Of a stretch of 60,309 nucleotides of DNA, positions 44,008 to 53,177 are shown piece by piece. The notes below the pieces were generated by a model. That model saw only the letters and a list, made by a program, of their open reading frames with translations, was not told the origin of the DNA and ran no database searches. This stretch comes from Burkholderiaceae bacterium (GTDB lineage: Bacteria > Pseudomonadota > Gammaproteobacteria > Burkholderiales > Burkholderiaceae_C). Where the stretch lies: NCBI GenBank assembly GCA_039920165.1, contig JBDSEG010000293.1, positions 1 through 60,309 of the forward strand, given 5' to 3'. The translations under genes were made by a program, and so were the position numbers. Within the stretch, counting starts at the first letter, position 1. The number at the start of each line of letters is the position of its first letter.

Positions 44008-44403
44008 GGTTTAAATCCTGAGTCGTATCGATGAATCGCGGGCAAGGCGGTGCCTGCGGCGGATGGCGCAAGCCTCCGCGCGTCAGGTCACGTTGAAAAG
44101 AAGGGTGCGGGTCAGCGACGCATGGGCGACGCGATGCGTTTGAAGAAACTGTCGACCGTCGCCGGGTACCTGGCGGGGTCGTCGATTCCAGACATGGTCG
44201 TTCTGCTCATGGGCGTCGTGCGTCGTTGAAAGAAGCTGGCGCCAGAGTAACCAACCGTGTCCACCGGACGGTCCCCCTTCTCGTGGGGTCGACGCACGGA
44301 TCGGAGCTAGGCAGCGTGAGAGATTCACGAAACATCGGATCCCCGTGCGCGAAGACGATTCCGCGCCGCGCCTCCCGACGCGATCGTCGAGCCGCCAGGG
44401 GGC

Positions 44404-45348
44404 TCAGCGGGACCGCAGCACCTCAAGCAGCAGTTCCACGCGCGCCTGCACCGCCGTGCTTGCGCCGGCTGCAGCAAAGCCCTCGTCAGGGCCGCCGATC
44501 ACCGGGCCGTCCGCGCAGCGGCTGCAGCGCACGACCCGTACCCCGGCGCGCTCGGCTTCGCGCAGGGCCGCCTCGAGTGCTTGCGCCATCGAGCCGTTGC
44601 CGGTGCCTGCAACCACGATGGCGTCGACGCCGTGCGTCAGGAGCGCGTTGACCACGGCAGGTCCGGCACCGACGTGGTTCACGATGATCTCGACGCGCGG
44701 CCATGCCGCGGCTTCGACGTCGATGCGCGCGAGGCCGAGTGCTGCGCCTTCGGGCCACGGCCGCAGCATCCGCAGCCGGCCCTCTTCGACGAAGCCGATC
44801 GGCCCGGCCTCGCCGGCGCCGAACGCGTCGAGCCGATAGGTATGGACCTTGCGCACGTCGAAAGCCGAGAAGACCTTGCCCGCCAGCACCGCGACGACGC
44901 CTCGCGCGCCCGCGCTGCGCGCCACGCGCACCGCGTCGAGAAGGTTCTGCGGCCCGTCGGCGAGGAGCGCCGTGGCCGGGCGCATCGCCGCCGTCAGCAC
45001 GACCGGCTTGCCGGGTGCGAGCACGCGCTGGAGGAAGTACGCCGTCTCCTCGAGCGTGTCGGTGCCGTGCGTGATGACGATGCCGCTCACCTCGGCGCGC
45101 GCCAGGTGGTGGGCGACACGGTGCACAAGGCGCTGCCAGGTCGCGAAGTCCATGTCCTTGCTGTCGAGTTGCGCGACCTGCTCGGACTCGATCGCCAGCC
45201 CCGCCAGCGCCGGTACCGCCTCCACCAGCTGCGCCACGCCGATCTGCGCGGCGTCGTAGCCGACGTTGTCGGCGGGGTCGGCGGCGGTGCCGGCAATGGT
45301 GCCCCCGGTACCGAGGACGACGGTGCGGTCACGCGCTGTGCTTTGCAT
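44404..45348 (-). CDS. L-asparaginase/glutaminase family protein (no signal peptide)
   Basis: Motifs [25 protein letters not shown] and VVLTAAMRP. 314 aa. Confidence 0.85.
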   Translation of the reverse strand: MQSTARDRTVVLGTGGTIAGTAADPADNVGYDAAQIGVAQLVEAVPALAGLAIESEQVAQLDSKDMDFATWQRLVHRVAHHLARAEVSGIVITHGTDTLEETAYFLQRVLAPGKPVVLTAAMRPATALLADGPQNLLDAVRVARSAGARGVVAVLAGKVFSAFDVRKVHTYRLDAFGAGEAGPIGFVEEGRLRMLRPWPEGAALGLARIDVEAAAWPRVEIIVNHVGAGPAVVNALLTHGVDAIVVAGTGNGSMAQALEAALREAERAGVRVVRCSRCADGPVIGGPDEGFAAAGASTAVQARVELLLEVLRSR

Positions 45349-45359
45349 TTTTTGCGAAC

Positions 45360-45375
45360 CTGGATGAAAATACAG
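45360..45375. promoter_or_regulatory. LexA (SOS) box CTGG-ATGAAAAT-ACAG
   Basis: It matches CTGT-N8-ACAG with one mismatch and an AT-rich spacer. It lies 46 nt upstream of the lexA GTG and 12 nt upstream of the divergent asparaginase ATG. Confidence 0.6.
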
Positions 45376-45420
45376 TGGCTGGTCAAATCCTCAGCCGGCC
45401 CACGAACCGAAAGGTCACAC

Positions 45421-46113
45421 GTGCACGAAACCCCGAAGCTCACCGACCGGCAGCAGCAGATCCTCGAGCTGGTCCACAGCGCCATCGAACGCACCGGCGC
45501 CCCGCCCACCCGCGCCGAGATCGCCAATGAACTCGGCTTCAAATCGGCCAACGCGGCCGAGGAACATCTGCAGGCGCTCGCGCGCAAGGGCGTGCTCGAA
45601 CTGGTGGGCGGCACCTCGCGCGGCATCCGTTTGAAGTCTGACACATTGCGTGCGCTGAACCAGTCGCGCAACAAGCAGTTCACCTTGCCGCTGCCAGGGT
45701 TCCAGCAGCTCTCGCTGCCGCTGATCGGGCGGGTCGCGGCCGGTGTGCCGATGCTCGCGCAAGAGCACATCGACCAGACCTACATCGTCGAGGCCAGCAT
45801 GTTCCCGCGCCTGCCCAACTACCTGCTCAAGGTCCGCGGCATGAGCATGATGGGCGCCGGCATTCTCGATGGCGACCTGCTCGCGGTGCAGAAGGCCAAG
45901 GATGCGAAGAACGGCCAGATCGTGGTGGCGCGCCTGGGCGACGAGGTCACCGTGAAGCGTTTTCGCCGCACCAAGACGGCGATCGAGCTGATCCCCGAGA
46001 ACCCCGACTTCAAGACCACCGTCCTGCCGCTGACGGGCGAGGGTTCCGGCGAGATCGCGTTCGAGATCGAAGGCCTCGCGGTCGGGCTGATCCGCAACCA
46101 CATGCTGATGTAA
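45421..46113 (+). CDS. lexA: LexA repressor
   Basis: GTG start with AAGG 6 nt upstream. The N-terminus is [52 protein letters not shown]. The Ala-Gly cleavage site is VAAG. The S24 peptidase motifs are GMSM (Ser) and VTVKRF (Lys). Confidence 0.9.
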   Translation: MHETPKLTDRQQQILELVHSAIERTGAPPTRAEIANELGFKSANAAEEHLQALARKGVLELVGGTSRGIRLKSDTLRALNQSRNKQFTLPLPGFQQLSLPLIGRVAAGVPMLAQEHIDQTYIVEASMFPRLPNYLLKVRGMSMMGAGILDGDLLAVQKAKDAKNGQIVVARLGDEVTVKRFRRTKTAIELIPENPDFKTTVLPLTGEGSGEIAFEIEGLAVGLIRNHMLM

Positions 46114-46116
46114 GCC

Positions 46117-46479
46117 ATGGCAGCCCTCCACTCCGCGCAACGCCGGCAGCCCGCCGATGAACGCGACAAGCCGGTCGCCAAGGTCATCAAATCGCCCAAG
46201 GCCGCGAGCGCGGCCGAGTGCCGCACGCTCGAGCAGTTGCCCAATATCGGCCCGTCGCTCGCGGCCGATCTGCGCATGATCGGCATCCACGCGCCGGGCG
46301 ATCTGCGCGGCAAGGATGCTTTCGTGCTGTACCAGAAGCTGTGCGCCGCCACCGGCACGCGGCAAGACCCGTGCGTGCTCGACACCTTCATGGCCGCCAC
46401 CGACTTCATGCGCGGCGCTCCGGCCGCGCCCTGGTGGCACTACACGGCGCAGCGCAAGGCGCTGTTCGGCACGGTCTAG
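46117..46479 (+). CDS. Helix-hairpin-helix domain protein (Cdd1/mitomycin-resistance McrB-like family)
   Basis: HhH motif LEQLPNIGPSLAADLRMIGI. It starts 3 nt after the lexA stop. Confidence 0.6.
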   Translation: MAALHSAQRRQPADERDKPVAKVIKSPKAASAAECRTLEQLPNIGPSLAADLRMIGIHAPGDLRGKDAFVLYQKLCAATGTRQDPCVLDTFMAATDFMRGAPAAPWWHYTAQRKALFGTV

Positions 46480-46742
46480 CGATCCATCGATCGGGCGTCG
46501 TCTTGCGGCTGTGGTCTTGCGGCCGAATCCCTTGTCGTCTCGCCCAACTCCCGCGATATCGGCGGGGTCGCATAGGAAGACGGGGCCCCGGCGTCCGGGC
46601 GCACACAAGCGCTTTTCAGGATCGGCGGCCGTGCGCGCCGATCTGCGCCGCGAAGTGCCGCTAATTTCACGCTTCGCCGGGCCGCCGGCGGCCGAACAAT
46701 GGGCGGACGCTTCGCTCGTTTGTCGAGGCGGGAGCCTCGCGC

Positions 46743-47147
46743 ATGCATCGATTGTCCCAATCCCGATTCAGCGGGCTGCTCGCCGAGGCGGGCACGCCGG
46801 AGCCGCTGCGTCGCTGGTTCGACGCCGGCCGCTCGCGGCTCGCGAGCTGGGGTTTTGCGCCAGCCTCGGGACTTCCGACCGACCGCGCGGCCGCCAAGGC
46901 GCGCACGACTTTTCTTGCTGGCGTGGCCGACATTCCCGGCCCGCGCAGCATCGAGCTACAGCGGCGCATCCGCGCTGCGGCGGGCCTGCGCGACCTGTGG
47001 CATCTGCGCTCGGACATCTTCGCGCTGGTCTCGCATGCGCTCGACCAGTCGAGCGCGCAGTCGCGCCTGGCGACGCTGAACAAGCATTTCCCGACGCGCA
47101 GCCCGCGCTCCGGATTCGCACCCCTCGAGCCGACGTCGCGACCATGA
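46743..47147 (+). CDS. Hypothetical protein (134 aa), paralogue A
   Basis: High GC3 throughout (hand check). It shares the pattern ...R....LRDLWHLRSDIF.L......L..L.KHFP with the next gene. Confidence 0.55.
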   Translation: MHRLSQSRFSGLLAEAGTPEPLRRWFDAGRSRLASWGFAPASGLPTDRAAAKARTTFLAGVADIPGPRSIELQRRIRAAAGLRDLWHLRSDIFALVSHALDQSSAQSRLATLNKHFPTRSPRSGFAPLEPTSRP

Positions 47148-47467
47148 ATGCGCAGCCGCATGCCATCGCCGGAACGGCCGCCGCCTACCTCGGCTACGGA
47201 CTGCCGGCGGACCGGCAGGCCCGCATCGAGGCGCGCCGCCGCTTCGTCGAGATGAAGGCCGACCTGATGTGCGCCTGCGCCGTCCTGGCCGGAACGCGCG
47301 GCCAGCAGCTTCGCCATTCGGTGCGCCAGGCGACCGAGGCGGTCGAGCTGTGGCGGCTGCGCCGCATCGTGCTCGACGCGCTGCCTGCCGCGCACCCGCG
47401 CACACCCGGCCACCGCGAAGGCCTGCTGCGCCGGATCACCGAGCTGTTTCCCGACTCGACCTTCTGA
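47144..47467 (+). CDS. Hypothetical protein (107 aa), paralogue B
   Basis: The ATG at 47144 overlaps the preceding stop (ATGA). Segment ...QLRHSVRQATEAVELWRLRRIVLDAL...LLRRITELFPDS parallels paralogue A. Confidence 0.5.
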   Translation: MNAQPHAIAGTAAAYLGYGLPADRQARIEARRRFVEMKADLMCACAVLAGTRGQQLRHSVRQATEAVELWRLRRIVLDALPAAHPRTPGHREGLLRRITELFPDSTF

Positions 47468-47497
47468 CCGCCGCGCCGCCGCGGCGCCCTCGCCGCC

Positions 47498-48007
47498 TCA
47501 CTGCAAGGCGCCGAGAAAATCGTTCTTGCCGAGCGCCACGCCGCTGTGGCGCAGCAGCGCATACGCCGTAGTCACGTGGAAATAGAAATTGGGCAGGACG
47601 AAGTTGAGCAGGTAGACATCGCCGCGCAGTTGGATCGGGCCATCGCGCCGGGGCAGGGTCACCTCCTTGGCTTCGGTGCCGTCGATGCGCGCCGCAGGGA
47701 CCGACTGCACGAAGGCGAGCGTCTTGCGAACGCGCTCGCGCAAGTCGGCCAGGCTCGCCTCGTCATCGTCGAATTTGGGCGCCTCGACGCCGCTCAGCCG
47801 CGCGACGCCGAATTTCACGCTGTCGCAGGCGATCTGGATCTGCTTGGTGAACGCCAGCATGTCGGGCGCGAGCCGCGCCGTGAGGTAGACCGCCGGCTCG
47901 AACTTGCGCTCCTTGGCGTGCGCCTCGGCCTTGTCGAGCCACACCAGCAGATTGCCGAGCATGCGAACGAAAACCGGCACGCTGGCCGTGTGCATCGAGA
48001 GGGACAT
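47498..48007 (-). CDS. DUF1993 domain-containing protein
   Basis: ATG at 48007 (MSLSMHTASVPVF...). Motifs ARLAPDMLAFTKQIQ, LPNFYFHVTTAYALLRHSGVALGKNDFLG. Confidence 0.75.
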   Translation of the reverse strand: MSLSMHTASVPVFVRMLGNLLVWLDKAEAHAKERKFEPAVYLTARLAPDMLAFTKQIQIACDSVKFGVARLSGVEAPKFDDDEASLADLRERVRKTLAFVQSVPAARIDGTEAKEVTLPRRDGPIQLRGDVYLLNFVLPNFYFHVTTAYALLRHSGVALGKNDFLGALQ

Positions 48008-48303
48008 GGAACGCTCCGCGGATGAGGGGAGGCGAATGCTAGTCCACTGAGTCACTGCAAGCGTCGGTGAAGGACGCGCGGGACGCCCTTCGGTGCCAGG
48101 GGCACAGCGCAGCGATGCCTCTGGGCATCGCGAGCATTCGCAACGCCGCAGCACACCCGTATCGCGGGGACGGCACCGATCCGATCGCGGTGATTTCAAT
48201 GGGCCGACCCCCGGACGCGCCGACGCATCGTCGCAGGCACAATGAGCCGCAGCCGGCATCCGTCCTGCTCTCCGCCCTGCCCTGTCGGCGCGCCCGTCCC
48301 GAC

Positions 48304-49329
48304 GTGAACTGCCACCCGCCCTTGAACATCATCATCCTCGACGACTACCAGGACGCCGTTCGCAAGCTGCGTTGCGCCGGGTTGCTGGAACACCTCAACG
48401 CCAAGGTCTTCACCAACACCGTCAAGGGCATCGGCCAGTTGTCGGTGCGTCTGCGCGACGCCGAAGTGCTGGTGCTGATCCGCGAGCGCACGCATCTGCC
48501 GCGCCAGCTGCTCGAAAAGCTGCCCAAGCTCAAGCTCATCGCGCAGACCGGCCGGATCGGCTCGCACATCGATATCGAAGCCTGCACCCGCATGGGCATC
48601 GCGGTCGCCGAAGGCGCCGGCTCGCCGGTCGCGCCGGCCGAGCTGACCTGGGCGCTCATCATGGCCGCGATGCGGCGCCTGCCGCAGTACATCGGCAACC
48701 TCAAGCACGGCGCCTGGCAGCAGTCGGGGCTGAAGGCAGCGTCGATGCCGCCCAATTTCGGCCTCGGCGGGGTGCTGAAGGGACGCACCCTTGGCATCTG
48801 GGGCTACGGCAAGATCGGCCAGCTCATCGCCGGCTATGCCAGGGCGTTCGGCATGCACGTCACGGTCTGGGGCAGCGAGGGCGCGCGCGAAAGAGCGGTG
48901 GCCGACGGTCTCGTCGCCGCGCCGAGCTGCGAGACGTTCTTCGAGGCCTGCGACGTGCTCACGCTGCACCTGCGCCTGACCGACAGCACGCGCGGCATCG
49001 TCCGCCACGAAGCGCTCGCGCGAATGAAGCCGACCGCGCTGCTCGTCAATACCTCGCGCGCCGAACTCATCGAGGAAGGCGCGCTCGTCTCGGCGCTGAA
49101 CCGCGGGCGCCCCGGCATGGCCGCGGTCGACGTCTTCGAGAGCGAGCCCATCCTGCAAGGCCACCCGCTGCTGCGCCTGGAAAACGCGGTGTGCACGCCG
49201 CACATCGGCTATGTCGAGCTCGACAGCTACGAGATGTATTTCAAGGCCGCGTTCGACAACGTGATCGCCTTCATTTCGGGTCAGCCGACAAACATCGTGA
49301 ACCCCGAGGCCTTGCGGGTCCTGCGGTGA
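48304..49329 (+). CDS. D-isomer-specific 2-hydroxyacid dehydrogenase family protein
   Basis: NAD-binding GIWGYGKIGQ, the motif NTSRAELI, and catalytic-region TPHIGY. The start is uncertain (GTG 48304 or TTG 48322). Confidence 0.8.
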   Translation: MNCHPPLNIIILDDYQDAVRKLRCAGLLEHLNAKVFTNTVKGIGQLSVRLRDAEVLVLIRERTHLPRQLLEKLPKLKLIAQTGRIGSHIDIEACTRMGIAVAEGAGSPVAPAELTWALIMAAMRRLPQYIGNLKHGAWQQSGLKAASMPPNFGLGGVLKGRTLGIWGYGKIGQLIAGYARAFGMHVTVWGSEGARERAVADGLVAAPSCETFFEACDVLTLHLRLTDSTRGIVRHEALARMKPTALLVNTSRAELIEEGALVSALNRGRPGMAAVDVFESEPILQGHPLLRLENAVCTPHIGYVELDSYEMYFKAAFDNVIAFISGQPTNIVNPEALRVLR

Positions 49330-50567
49330 CCCGGCCGACGCCCGAGGCGGCGCCCGAGTCCCCCGCTGGACCCGTGCGCGGTGCGGTCGCAGCGTCGCGC
49401 TGGGCGCTGCTGTTCGGCAATTTCGTGATCGGCTGCGGCGTGATGTCGGTGGCCGGCGCCATCAACGACCTGAGCGAGTCGCTGCAAATCTCGGTCTCGC
49501 TCGCTGGCCAGCTCATCACGATTGCGGCGGTCGTCATGTGCTTCGGCGCGCCGCTGGCCGCAGGCTGGGTCTCGGGCTTCGACCGGCGCCGCCTGCTCGC
49601 GTGGGCGATGGTCTGGTATGCGGTCGGGCATGCAGCGTGCGCGCTGATGCCGAACTACGCCGCGCTGTGGCCGGTGCGCGCCGCGACCATGCTCGCCGCG
49701 GCCGTCTTCTCGCCGCAGGCCGCCGCCGCGATGGGCGTGATGGCGGCACCGGCAGAACGCGGGCGCGCCATCGCTTTCATCTTTCTCGGCTGGTCGATCG
49801 CGTCGGTCTTCGGGCTGCCGCTCGCATCGTGGGTCAGCGCGACCTTCGGCTGGCGCAGCATCTTCGAGCTGATCGCCGCGCTGTCCGCCGCGGCCGCCCT
49901 CTGGGTCTTTGCCTCGATGCCAGACGGCGTGCGGCCGGCGGCGCTGTCGCTGCGCACCTGGCAGCGCCTGCTCGTCGATCCGCTGCTGATGCCGATGGTG
50001 CTCGTCACCGCGCTGCTGAGCGCGGGCCAGTTCACGCTCTTCTCGTACCTCGCCCCCTACTACCGCGAACGGCTCTTCGCGACGCCGCTCGAAATCACGC
50101 TGCTGTTCGCGTGCTTCGGCATCTTCGGCCTGATCGGCAACCTGTTCATCGCGCGCCACATCGACCGGATCGGCCCGGGTCGCGCGGTCTTCGTCGCCGG
50201 CACGGGGATGCTGCTGACGATGCTCGCCTGGCCGCTGGGCACCGGCATCCTCGCGATGGGCCTGGTCACCGTCCCGTGGGCGCTCGGCTGCTTCTCGTCC
50301 AATTCGGCGCAGCAGGCGCGCCTCGGCAACGCCGCGCCGATGCTGGCACCGGCGCTGATGGCGCTGAACACCTCGGCCATGTACCTCGGCCAGGCCGGCG
50401 GCGCCGCGGGCGGCGGCTGGCTGGTCGCCCATCCGGGCTACGACGCGCTGCACTGGCTCGGCGCGGCGTGGGTGACGGCGGGGGTGGCGCTCAGCGTCTG
50501 GGTCGCCCGGCGTGCGCTGCGGGGCAGCGGTGCCGCCGTCAGCGAGATCGGCCGGCCGCGTCGATGA
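49326..50567 (+). CDS. MFS transporter
   Basis: The GTG at 49326 overlaps the upstream stop (GTGA). About 12 hydrophobic segments; 413 aa. Confidence 0.75.
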   Translation: MTRPTPEAAPESPAGPVRGAVAASRWALLFGNFVIGCGVMSVAGAINDLSESLQISVSLAGQLITIAAVVMCFGAPLAAGWVSGFDRRRLLAWAMVWYAVGHAACALMPNYAALWPVRAATMLAAAVFSPQAAAAMGVMAAPAERGRAIAFIFLGWSIASVFGLPLASWVSATFGWRSIFELIAALSAAAALWVFASMPDGVRPAALSLRTWQRLLVDPLLMPMVLVTALLSAGQFTLFSYLAPYYRERLFATPLEITLLFACFGIFGLIGNLFIARHIDRIGPGRAVFVAGTGMLLTMLAWPLGTGILAMGLVTVPWALGCFSSNSAQQARLGNAAPMLAPALMALNTSAMYLGQAGGAAGGGWLVAHPGYDALHWLGAAWVTAGVALSVWVARRALRGSGAAVSEIGRPRR

Positions 50568-51160
50568 GCGACGAAACCCACCCGCCGTCGCGCAACGTCC
50601 AGCTCGACAGCCCGGTCGGTCCGCGAACGCTCGCGGAACTCTTCTTTGCATTCAACGCGCTCGCACTGCAGGGTTTCGGCGGCGTGCTCGCGGTTGCGCA
50701 GCGCGATCTGGTGGAAAAGCGCGGCTGGCTCACCACGCCGCAATTTCTCGAAATCCTGTCGGTCAGCCAGGTGCTGCCGGGGCCGAATATCGTCAACCTC
50801 GGGCTGATCGTCGGTGACCGCTTCTTCGGCCTGCGCGGCGCCTTCACGGCCATGATCGGCATGCTGCTGGTGCCAACCGCGATCGTCCTGACCCTGACGG
50901 CGCTGTATGCCGAGTTCTCGCACCTGCCGGTGGTCGCCGGCGCCTTGCGCGGGATGGGCGCGGTCGCGGCGGGACTGGTTTTCGCGACCGCCCTCAGGCT
51001 GTCGATCGGGCTGCGCCGCAACCCCATGGGGCGCGCCGCCTGCGCTGGCTTCGTCGTTGCCACCGTGCTGGCGATCGGCGCCCTGCGCTGGCCGCTGGCG
51101 GCGGTGCTCCTGGGTCTGGGGTCGCTCGCGATCGGCGTCGCGTGGCGCCGGCTTCGATGA
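50564..51160 (+). CDS. chrA: Chromate transporter (CHR) family, short-chain half 1
   Basis: ATGA overlap with the MFS stop. Motif ALQGFGGVLAVAQRDLVEKRGWLT...VLPGPNIVNL. Confidence 0.8.
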   Translation: MSDETHPPSRNVQLDSPVGPRTLAELFFAFNALALQGFGGVLAVAQRDLVEKRGWLTTPQFLEILSVSQVLPGPNIVNLGLIVGDRFFGLRGAFTAMIGMLLVPTAIVLTLTALYAEFSHLPVVAGALRGMGAVAAGLVFATALRLSIGLRRNPMGRAACAGFVVATVLAIGALRWPLAAVLLGLGSLAIGVAWRRLR

Positions 51161-51714
51161 CCGCACACGCTGCACTCTCGACCGCCGACCTGTGGAGTCT
51201 CTTCGGTCACTTTCTGGTCCTGAGCCTGCTGGCGGTGGGCGGGGCCATCGCCGCCGCACCCGACATGCACCGCTATATCGTCGAGCAGCAGCACTGGCTG
51301 ACCGACGGCGAGTTCAGCGCCTCGGTCGCGATCGCGCAGGCAGCGCCAGGGCCGAACGTTCTGTTCGTCGCCGCCATCGGCTGGAATGTCGCCGGCCCGA
51401 TCGGCGCCATCGCAACCATGGCCGGCATCCTGCTGCCCTCGACCCTGCTCGCCCTGGCTGCCACTCGCTACGCCAGCCAGCGGCGCGAGACGCTCGGCGT
51501 TCGCGCCTTCACGACGGGCCTCGCCCCGCTGACGATCGGCCTGCTGCTCGCCACCGGCTGGATCCTCGCCGAGCCCTATCTGCGCCAGCCGACGCAGCGC
51601 CTGGGCGCGATCGCGCTCATCGCGGTGTCGGTCTTCGCGATGCTGCGCACCCGCATCGGTCCGATGTGGCTGATCGGCCTGGGCGCGCTGGTGGGCGCGC
51701 TCGGCGGGATCTGA
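51157..51714 (+). CDS. chrA: Chromate transporter (CHR) family, short-chain half 2
   Basis: ATGA overlap with half 1. Motif LLAVGGAIAAAPDMHRYIVEQQHWLT...AAPGPNVLF. Confidence 0.8.
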   Translation: MTAHAALSTADLWSLFGHFLVLSLLAVGGAIAAAPDMHRYIVEQQHWLTDGEFSASVAIAQAAPGPNVLFVAAIGWNVAGPIGAIATMAGILLPSTLLALAATRYASQRRETLGVRAFTTGLAPLTIGLLLATGWILAEPYLRQPTQRLGAIALIAVSVFAMLRTRIGPMWLIGLGALVGALGGI

Positions 51715-51723
51715 GCGCCGCGA

Positions 51724-52464
51724 TCACACCCCGCGCTGGCGCAGCGCCTCGTACAGGCAAATCCCCGAGGCGACCGACACATTCAGGCTCTCGACCACGC
51801 CGTGCATGGGCAGGCGCACCAGTTCGTCGCAGGTCCTGGCGGTGAGCTGGCGCAGCCCGCTGCCCTCGGCCCCCAGCACCAGCGCGAGCGGGCCGGTCAG
51901 GTCGGATTCGTACAGGCTGCGCGGCGCCGCGTCCGAGGTGCCGACGATGCGGACGCCGCGCTCCTTGAGCTCGTTCAGGCTGCGCGCCAGATTGGTCACC
52001 ATCAGGTAGGGCACGGTTTCGGCCGCACCGCTCGCCACCTTGGACACCGTCGCGCTGATGCCGGCCGCATGGTCCTTGGGCGCAACCACCGCGTGCACGC
52101 CGGCGGCGTCGGCCACGCGCAGGCAGGCGCCGAGGTTGTGCGGATCGGTCACGCCGTCGAGCACCAGCACCAGCGGCGCACCGGCCACGGCGTCAAGCGT
52201 GTCGTCGAGCGAATGACTGCGCGCAAGCGGCTCGACACGCGCCACGACGCCCTGGTGACGGTCGCTGCCGGCGAGCTTGCCCAGCCGCTCGGCATTGCTT
52301 TCGACCAGTCGCACGCCAGCCTCGCGCGCGCGCTCGACGAACTGGCGCATGCGCTGGTCGTTGCGGCGCGGATCGAAGTGCACCTCGGCGACCGAGTGCG
52401 GCGCCACCTTGAGCCGCACCGTCACCGCATGAAAGCCGAACAGCAGTTGCATCGCCTGGGTCAT
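51724..52464 (-). CDS. rlmB: 23S rRNA (guanosine-2'-O-)-methyltransferase RlmB (SpoU/TrmH family)
   Basis: Motifs HQGVVA, LDGVTDPHNLGACLR, LVLGAEGSGLR and SLNVSVASGICLYE. Confidence 0.85.
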   Translation of the reverse strand: MTQAMQLLFGFHAVTVRLKVAPHSVAEVHFDPRRNDQRMRQFVERAREAGVRLVESNAERLGKLAGSDRHQGVVARVEPLARSHSLDDTLDAVAGAPLVLVLDGVTDPHNLGACLRVADAAGVHAVVAPKDHAAGISATVSKVASGAAETVPYLMVTNLARSLNELKERGVRIVGTSDAAPRSLYESDLTGPLALVLGAEGSGLRQLTARTCDELVRLPMHGVVESLNVSVASGICLYEALRQRGV

Positions 52465-52562
52465 GCGTCGATGGTACGGGCAAGTCGCGCCGACAGGCCC
52501 CAGCGTCGAGTACGATCCGCGCCGCTTTCCCGCCCTGCCAGGGCCGATCCGAAAGATCCCAC

Positions 52563-53177
52563 ATGCAAATGATCTGCCTCGATATGGAAGGCGTTCTCGT
52601 CCCGGAGATCTGGATCGAGGTGGCGCGCCGCAGCGGGATTGCCGAGCTCACGCGCACCACCCGCGACGAGCCCGACTACGACACGCTGATGCGATTCCGG
52701 CTCGACCTGCTGCGCCAACATGGCCTCAAGCTGGCGGACATCCAGGCCGTCATCGAAGGCATGGGACCGATGGCCGGCGCGCGCGAATTTCTGGACGACC
52801 TGCGCAGCCGCTACCAGGTGCTGATCCTCTCCGACACCTTCTACGAATTCGCGCAGCCGCTGATGCGCCAGCTCGGCTGGCCGACGCTGCTGTGCCACCG
52901 TCTCGTCGTCGCTTCGGACGGCAGCGTGCGCGACTACCAGCTTCGCATGCCGGACCAGAAGCGGCATGCCGTGAACGCGCTGCGGGGCCTCAACTTTCAG
53001 GTCATCGCCGCGGGCGATTCGTACAACGACACCGGCATGCTCGCCGCCGCGCACGCCGGCTTCTTCATTCACCCGCCCGAAAGCATCGTCGCGCAGTTTC
53101 CGCAGTTCCCGGTGACCCGCAGCTACGCCGAACTGACCGCCGCGATCGACGCCGCCGCCCTGCGCCTGCGCGGCTAG
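52563..53177 (+). CDS. thrH: Bifunctional phosphoserine phosphatase/homoserine phosphotransferase ThrH
   Basis: The protein is near-colinear with recalled P. aeruginosa ThrH: CLDMEGVLVPEIWI, DTFYEFAQPLMRQLGWPTLLCH, AAGDSYNDT and FPQFP. Confidence 0.85.
   Translation: MQMICLDMEGVLVPEIWIEVARRSGIAELTRTTRDEPDYDTLMRFRLDLLRQHGLKLADIQAVIEGMGPMAGAREFLDDLRSRYQVLILSDTFYEFAQPLMRQLGWPTLLCHRLVVASDGSVRDYQLRMPDQKRHAVNALRGLNFQVIAAGDSYNDTGMLAAAHAGFFIHPPESIVAQFPQFPVTRSYAELTAAIDAAALRLRG

Noticed and set aside
50564-51714. Split chrA as a frameshifted pseudogene
   Set aside because: Both halves have their own start (ATGA coupling), each carries a CHR motif, and the two are paralogous. This matches the known two-gene short-chain CHR arrangement.
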